Shown here piece after piece: positions 57,344 through 64,000 of a stretch of 64,000 nucleotides of DNA (the stretch's first letter is position 1; each line of letters starts with the position of its first letter). The position numbers and the translations under genes are program-made. The notes under the pieces were generated by a model. That model had not been told where the DNA came from, made no database searches, and saw only the letters and a list, made by a program, of their open reading frames with translations. This stretch comes from Gracilinanus agilis (taxonomy: Eukaryota), in contig NC_058131.1 of NCBI RefSeq assembly GCF_016433145.1, forward strand, positions 30,998,839 to 31,062,838, read 5' to 3'.

Positions 57344-60300
57344 GTAAGATCCCAGTTCAGAAGAGCTCCCACCAAACAGGCTGCTCCTGAGAAGAATGAA
57401 TGGAAAGAAGGAGAATCAATGAAAACATGATCCCAAGAAACATGCTGCCTAAGACTGAAAAGGGTAAGGCCTTGGGGGAGATTTGGAGAGTTAACTGAGA
57501 TGCATGGTGAAGAGGATACTTCCAGAAAACCAGGATCAGAGATTTAGATCTAGAAAAGACATTACAATACATCTCTCACTTTTAAGATGAGGAAGTTGAG
57601 GCCTAGAAAAGTTAAATGACTTTCCCAGAGGCACACAGCTAGTAAGTGATTGAGGGTAGGATCCAGAATAAAGAAGTCCTCCAATTTGCCCTGTATATAT
57701 TTTGTGTGTAAAAAATACTTGTATGCTTATTACATTCTCTGTTGGAATGTGAGCCCCTAATGGCAGGGATTCCCTTTTGTCTTTCTTTGTATCCCTAGCA
57801 ATTAGCTCAGTGCCTCTGAAAAGTCCCTTCTAGACCTAAAGTTATGATCTTTGAGTACATCCAAGCAGCAGACATGCTGGGTGGGCTCTGTTTTTGGAAG
57901 CCACGACCCCCAGGCCCCACTAATGACTCTTTTCTCTTTTCCTCATCCAGCCTTCAGGAATCTAATGATCCTGCAAGTTGCCCTGACACTCTTGGTTCTT
58001 GTCCTGGCAACTGCCCTCAAAGTGGTGATTATCCTGTGTAAGTTTTTACCCTACCACCACGTTTTACACCTCTTCTAATCAAACTGGGAGAAAACACTAC
58101 AGAAAATCTTGGGAGGAAACAGAGTCTAGATTGACATAGCAGGGTGGGAGTTGATTAGAAATCCAGGCATGATAGCAGATGCTCTGCTTGCAAAGTCAAA
58201 AAGCGAGTCTGTGTCTTCAAGGAGACGACATTCTTTCAGGAGAAACAACACATACTCTTATGATCATTTACCAAATATATACTGTTTACATGCCATTTCC
58301 TCCCAAGAGAATGTAAAACTGGTGGTTACAGACCTTGCTATGGATGGTGTAGTTGTCAGGTGGCGATTGTCATTGCCCTTTCCTCTCTTTTGCTTTGTCT
58401 TTTGGCATTTAATCAATCGTACTGTTACAACAAACATCTATTTTTTTTAAAAAAATCTGGAGATAATGTAATAATCTTTCAAGTCCCTATAGTCTTCTCT
58501 TCTGATACTTTATAGAGTTGAAATAAATAGAAAGTTAGTACTATAGTCACAGTAGCTCAGAGCCCCCACTTAGGAAAATTGTTAACATTTAGGCAAAGGT
58601 TTGTATCTCTGCCCTAATTTAAATGTATACTTAGCCTCTCTTTGGTTGAGGAAAAATTCAGGCTAGCAGAAACATAGAGATAAAGAAATGGGTGGAGCAT
58701 GTTCCAGAGTCTGTTAATGGACAAACACTGGGAGGAGAAGTTGGGAGAGAAGACCTTTTCTGGGAACTTCCCTTCATCCTCACAAAGGTCAGCACAAAAG
58801 CTTTTAGCCCAATTTGTCTTAAATCCCCTTCTTGATTTCTCCCTTCTCCACCTCAGTTTGAACCTACTTTTTCTTTCTCTTTTCACACCTTGCCCTTGTG
58901 ATGCCCCTTCTTGATGGCTCAGTTCCTGAGCGCCTCCTTCTTCTTTCCTCTCAGTCTCTCTTGAAAACTGTTTGTGTCTCTTCAAAAACTTATGGTCCTG
59001 ACTCAAATCTCCATTCTTGTCAAAGATCTAGATGGCTTCAAATCATTCTTAGGATCCAAAAATAATGTTTATCCCTTTTAGGTACAATTTTCAGGGTTTC
59101 AGTCAGCTCCCAAATCTCTATTCCAGGACATTATCAATGCTTACTGAGTTGGGTCTATCTTCTCCCTGAGACGTCTCTCTTTCTAATGCCACAACTCTTC
59201 GATTCTAGATCTTCAAGGGGGAAGTGACCAACTTGAGAGGGTCAAGGTCTCCAACGAAGCTCTGAAAAGGCAAAATAGTGAGTCAAATCCTCCTCCCCCC
59301 TCACCCTTTGCACTGACCTTCTCCCTCAGGCCCTGACTCCTCCCCTCATTACTGAAGCTTCAGTCTCATCTGGAAAGGTATCCAAGAGAGATGAAGCTTG
59401 TTCCTCTTTTGCTAGCTTTCTCATTGTCCCTCTTCCTGACTACTTCAGAAAAAGGAGGGGACTGAAAAATTCATCATCCTTCAGCCAACAAAAGCTCTTC
59501 CTACCTGACATATCTGGACCCCAAGAGTCTTCTGATCAGATCATAATAATCGAATTCTGTCTCACATTGACCAAGATTTGGTCACTACTCTGTACCTAGA
59601 CCTCCTGAGGGCGAGAGGTAGGGCTGAACCCAGCTCATCTCTGGTCTCTCCCTGTCCTCATTCTTATTCCTCTTTCTTCCCAAGAAATCCTCAGTCAGAG
59701 AATATCACAGTCTTCAGTTGTCTATAATGGGAATCTCTACCACTTTTCCTGTGGCAAAATGTCCTGGGATGATGCTGAGAAGTACTGTGTGTCAAGAGGA
59801 TCTCATCTGACCTCAATAACTTCAGAGAAGGAACAGGTCAGTGCTGTCCTTGGGGTACCCAGAGGTGGGAAGCAGAGATATTAGCAGGCAGGGTGCCCAC
59901 TTTACCTCTTTTCCAGGCAGACCCAGACAGAGTTTCACCCATAGTTAGGGCTTATTGATAACACACCAAGAGATGAAATGCTCAAGGTGAGAGAAGTGGT
60001 TCTGTCTCACTTCCCTTTGTCCTACTTAGACCATAGATGGATTATTATGTTTGACTCTGATTCCTGATTCTGTACATTTTCATTGGCTATCTTCCATTTC
60101 TTAATTAAAGTCTTAATTAAAACCCCACTTTCCACAAGTCTCTCAGTGTTAGTGTCTTCCATCTGATATTACCTCCAACTTATCTTGTATATGTCTTGTG
60201 TGTACATAATTGTTTGCATGTTGCCTCTCCCATTAGGATGTGAGACTCTTGAGGGCAGACTTTGTTTTAGCCTCTCCTTGCATATCCAGTGTTTGGCAAA

Positions 60301-63235
60301 ATGCTTGGCACCTGGAGAATCTAAATAAATGTTTGTTGATTGATTCTCCCTTATAATCCCCACAGCACTATTACAACTTTTCTTTTGTGTCCTAATCCTT
60401 CCCACACCAACCTTCACCCTCTCTTTCATCAGAAGATCAATCTTCTTCCATAATTTACTGAGAACACTCAGAGCCTTCTTCCTGAGATCCATCTTCTTCC
60501 TTCTAACACCTAACTACCCCTCAGTGTTATCCTCCTTCACACTAGTGTTTCATGAAGAGATGGCCTTTCTCTTCACTGTGGCTAATCTTTCTACGTGTAG
60601 TCTTCATTCGATCTCCTCTTACTCCTCTGACAAATTGTTCCTACAATAATCTCTTTGCTCTCCAGTATTCTTTCTCATAATATCTGCTGACACCTTTCCT
60701 ATTGTCTAAAAACACGCCCCTGTCTCCCTCCAGTCTTAAAACCACTTTTCATTGATAGCATCACCTCTGTAGTTATGGTCCCATAGCTTTCCTTCCTTTC
60801 ATAACCATAGTTACAGAAAAAAAATCTATCTTTAGTTGACACTTTTGCCTGCTATCCCCCCACCCCTCTGCTTCTCAACTCCTTATAGTCTGGCTTTCAA
60901 ATAATCATCCAATTGCTCTCTCCAAAGTTTCCAAAGCCCCTGAGTTGCCAAATCTTGTGGCCTTTTCTCAATCTTCATCTTTCTTGATGTTTCTCCATTT
61001 CTTAACACTTTTGACAGCTCTTCTCTTGTACATGTTCTCTCCTTGAGTTTTCTTTTTTTATTATGTTTTCCCAAATACATGTAGATACAATTTTTAGTAA
61101 TTATTTTCTGAAATTTAGTGATCCATGTTCTCTTCCTTCTTTCCTCACTTCCCCTTCCCCAAGACAGCAGACACTATGATGTAGATCAGTGATTCCCAAA
61201 GTGGGCGCCACCACCCCCTGGTAAGTGCTGCAGCGATCCAGGGGGCAGTGATGGCCACAGGTGCATTTATCTTTCCTATTAATTGCTATTAAAATTAAAA
61301 AAATTAATTTCCAGGGGGCTAAGGAATATTTTTTTCTGGAAAGGGGGTGGCAGGCCAAAAAAGTTTGGGATTATACATGTGCTATCATGCAATACATATT
61401 TCTAAGTTTGTCATGTAATGAAAGAAAACACATATCGCTTATAGAAGAAAAAACCCATGAAAGAAATAAAGTTAAGAATAGTATGCTTCAATCTGATTGT
61501 GCCTCCATCACTTCCTTCTGTGATGGTGGATAGACTTTTGCATCATGAGTTCCCTGGATTCTTGCATTGCTAATAATAGATAAGTTATTCACAATTGATC
61601 ATCATTTATAATTGCTGTTATTGTGTACAACAGTCTTCTGGTTCTGCTCACTTCACTTTCATTACTTCCTGTTTTATTATCTGTTCTTATCAGTTTAATA
61701 TCTAATATGCTTCTATCCTCCTTGAATTTTCACATTGCTCTTTTCTTTTGGGGTTCCTCCTAGCTGTTTGGCTGCTTCTTACCAGTTTCTTTTGATGGAC
61801 TGTCATCTATGTTTCTCAAAGTCAGCTTTAGAATTCATTATATCTCTCCCTAATCCTTTCCTTCTTCTTAACTGGTAGAATATAAATTCCTTGAAAACAT
61901 AGATTGTTAGGGGCAGTTAGGTGGCAGTTAGAAAGATACATATCTATCCATATGTGCAGGCACACCTACACATATAAAGGGAAAACATCTGTTTTCTGAA
62001 TAAATATTTATTAAGAGCCTACTATTGGGGGCAGCTGGGTAGCTCAGTGGATGGAGAGCCAGGCCTAGAGACGGGAGGTCCTGGGTTCAAATCTGGCCTC
62101 AGACACTTCCCAGCTGTGTGACTCTGGACAAGTCACTTGACCCCCATTGCCTACTCTTACCTCTCTTCTGCCTTGGAGCCAATACACAGTATTGACTCCA
62201 AGATGGAAGGTGACGGTTTAAAAAAAATAGCCTACTATTTGCCAGCCACTAGGTGGGGGACCCAAGTTAAAAAGGAGGAAATCCTTGCTTTAAAAGAAGC
62301 CTGAGGGCCAGCTAGGTGATGCAGTGGAGAGAGCTAGCCCTGAACACAGGAGGTCCTGGGTTCAAATTTAAACAGAGACACTTCTTTGCTGTGTGATGCT
62401 GGCCAAATCGTTTAACCCCCAGTGCCTAGCCCACACTGCTCTTTTGCCTTGGAATCAATAGGTAGTATTGGTTCTAAGGTAGATGGTAAGGATTAAAAAA
62501 AAGAAGCCTAAATTATATTAGGATATTCTAATGAGTCACAGTGAAAGACAAGATGGCCTGGAAGCCAGGATCAAAACCCAGGACAAATCACTTAACTTTT
62601 CTGTACCCCCAGGAAACCCTTTAACACTTTACATTCCAAAGGAAGTGCTGACCTACATTTGTGCAGGTACTTTCCTCACCTGGGAGTTCTCTTACAATAA
62701 TAAAATTGTAGACCCAGTTTTTATTCTCTATTCTATTTTCTTTTTGTCTTTGCCCATTTTTTACCACAATGCCTGGCAAATGCTTGATAAATGCAAGGCA
62801 ATTAATTTATTAATATGTGTGTATCCATCCACACACCTATAGGCACACACATAAGATGTATAAACATACGTATATAACAAGTACATCTACATTTTTCAGA
62901 GTGAGACTGGCTACATTTCCCCTCTGGGTTCCAGGGGTACCCCTCAGGGGTTGGGATATTTCTTCTCCAATGAAATTAAAGCCATACCCCATTCTGACAT
63001 GTGCTTTAGGGATATCTATGCAAACCAATGAAATAATTACAAACATACCTGTAAGCTGCACATCCATACACAAATTTAAGCATATACCTTCTTAAAAGCA
63101 CTCACTTCTCACTCCGTAGGAATTTATTTATAAAAAGGGTGAAGGTATCTCATTCTGGATTGGACTTGATAGACAGAAGACCTCCAACTGGATCTGGGCA
63201 GACGGGTCCCCGTTTGATGAGTCTCCAAACAAGAC
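57317..63235 (+). CDS. Gene C: langerin/CLEC4F-family type II C-type lectin with a TM lysine; partial (last exon beyond window, 5' end uncertain)
   Basis: Exons 57951-58037, 59209-59277, 59685-59836, 63120-63235, plus a possible upstream exon ending at 57343. GT-AG with compatible phases; closest in sequence to gene B. Confidence 0.88.
57951..58037 (+). CDS. Gene C transmembrane exon (FRNLMILQVALTLLVLVLATALKVVIIL)
   Basis: cctcatccag acceptor, T|gtaagt donor, 87 nt; Lys codon AAA at 58019-58021. Confidence 0.9.
59209..59277 (+). CDS. Gene C neck exon, 23 aa (YLQGGSDQLERVKVSNEALKRQN)
   Basis: gattctag acceptor, A|gtgagt donor, 69 nt; ends LKRQN like the end of the langerin neck. Confidence 0.85.
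59685..59836 (+). CDS. Gene C CRD exon 1 (ILSQRISQSSVVYNGNLYHFSCGKMSWDDAEKYCVSRGSHLTSITSEKEQ)
   Basis: 152 nt, cttcccaag acceptor, gtcagt donor. Confidence 0.95.
60160..61030 (+). mobile_element. L2 fragments in the gene C intron
   Basis: Pyrimidine-rich L2-type sequence, e.g. ttgccaaatcttgtggccttttctcaatcttcatctttcttgat. Confidence 0.6.
62027..62228 (+). mobile_element. SINE1_Mdo-like SINE (an older copy follows at about 62305-62500)
   Basis: Full unit with A-tail. Confidence 0.85.
63120..63235 (+). CDS. Gene C CRD exon 2 (EFIYKKGEGISFWIGLDRQKTSNWIWADGSPFDESPNK)
   Basis: 116 nt (one codon shorter than paralogs), ctccgtag acceptor, gtgagt donor. Confidence 0.93.
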
Positions 63236-64000
63236 GTGAGTGAGTCTAGCTTGCCCTCCCTCTTATTGGTTTTGGTTTGGCAAACAGCCCTGGGAGACTC
63301 TGGGACCTCTCCCCAGAGGAAGCCCAGGCCAATGGCCAAATCAGAATAAGGCAGCACATGAATACCCAGCACTGGGCGTTTTTCTGCTTTCTGTGAGCAC
63401 ATATACTGTGTATGTCTGCACATGTATGTGTATGGGGCGTTTCAGTGGTCTACGGTCTCAGAAAGCACAGAGATGAGGATAAAGCCTGGCCCCTGGGCTT
63501 AATGGGACACTTCAGAGGCTCTGAGGGGCTTTGGGGGGTGGCGGTGGAACATGGAACTATTTGAGTGATATCTAGAACAGTTTAGAGCAGTGATGTCAAA
63601 CTCAATAGTAATGTATTCTTCAGGCAGCATCTTGGCTTTGAGAACCACATAATAACATTATCTATATTTTATTGTACTGTGTTTTAAATTTATTTTGTTA
63701 AACATTTAACAATTACATTTTAATATGGTTCTAGTCATACTCTGGAGAATTGCCATTGCATGCTGCTAAACTGTGTATTTGACACATCTGTTTTAGAGCA
63801 ATAGAGATGGGCCGCTCATACCCTTGTTTTCCCAGGTCTTGGCTGTAGGTTGCCAGAAAGGGGCAGCATTAGAAGGAAGGCCCCCTTAAATTTATTAAGC
63901 TGGATCCAAACACAGGGGAAGGAATTTTCTATTGTAGCATCTGAATATGAACAAAAAGGGTAAACTGAGGCAGATTCCCAAGCAAGATAAGGGGATGTGC

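Noticed and set aside
1335-62500. Recurring ~200-bp sequences as a repeat array, CRISPR or tRNA genes
   Set aside because: They are dispersed tRNA-derived CORE-SINEs with tails and TSDs; there is no regular spacing and no full cloverleaf.

Overview
Vertebrate genomic DNA, almost certainly a didelphid marsupial such as Monodelphis, judged from its SINE1_Mdo-like, Mar1-like and marsupial L1 repeats. I reconstructed by hand three multi-exon type II membrane C-type lectin genes of the langerin (CD207)/CLEC4F family; the ORF track shows only fragments of them. Gene A (+, 12381-26785, 6 coding exons, 372 aa) has a cytoplasmic DDYENV motif, a 161-aa neck and a CRD in which EPN/WND is replaced by QSQ/WNE. 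Gene B (-, 53173-37422, 7 coding exons, about 248 aa) has a DGIYENV motif, a 33-aa neck and an intact EPN/WND CRD; the start of its last exon is in an N-gap. Gene C (+, about 57317 to beyond 64000) is head-to-head with B, has a 23-aa neck, no tyrosine-motif exon that I could find, and a lysine inside the transmembrane helix (LATALKVVIIL), as in DAP12-coupled NKG2C/CLEC5A. Together they look like a diversified, paired-receptor-like langerin-family cluster, whereas human and mouse have only CD207 and CLEC4F. The rest is repeat-rich: SINE1/Mar1/MIR, L1, L2, L3/CR1, hAT MITEs, solo LTRs, a decayed ERV gag, microsatellites and five N-gaps. No database searches were run, so family assignments rest on motif recognition, exon sizes and splice phases.
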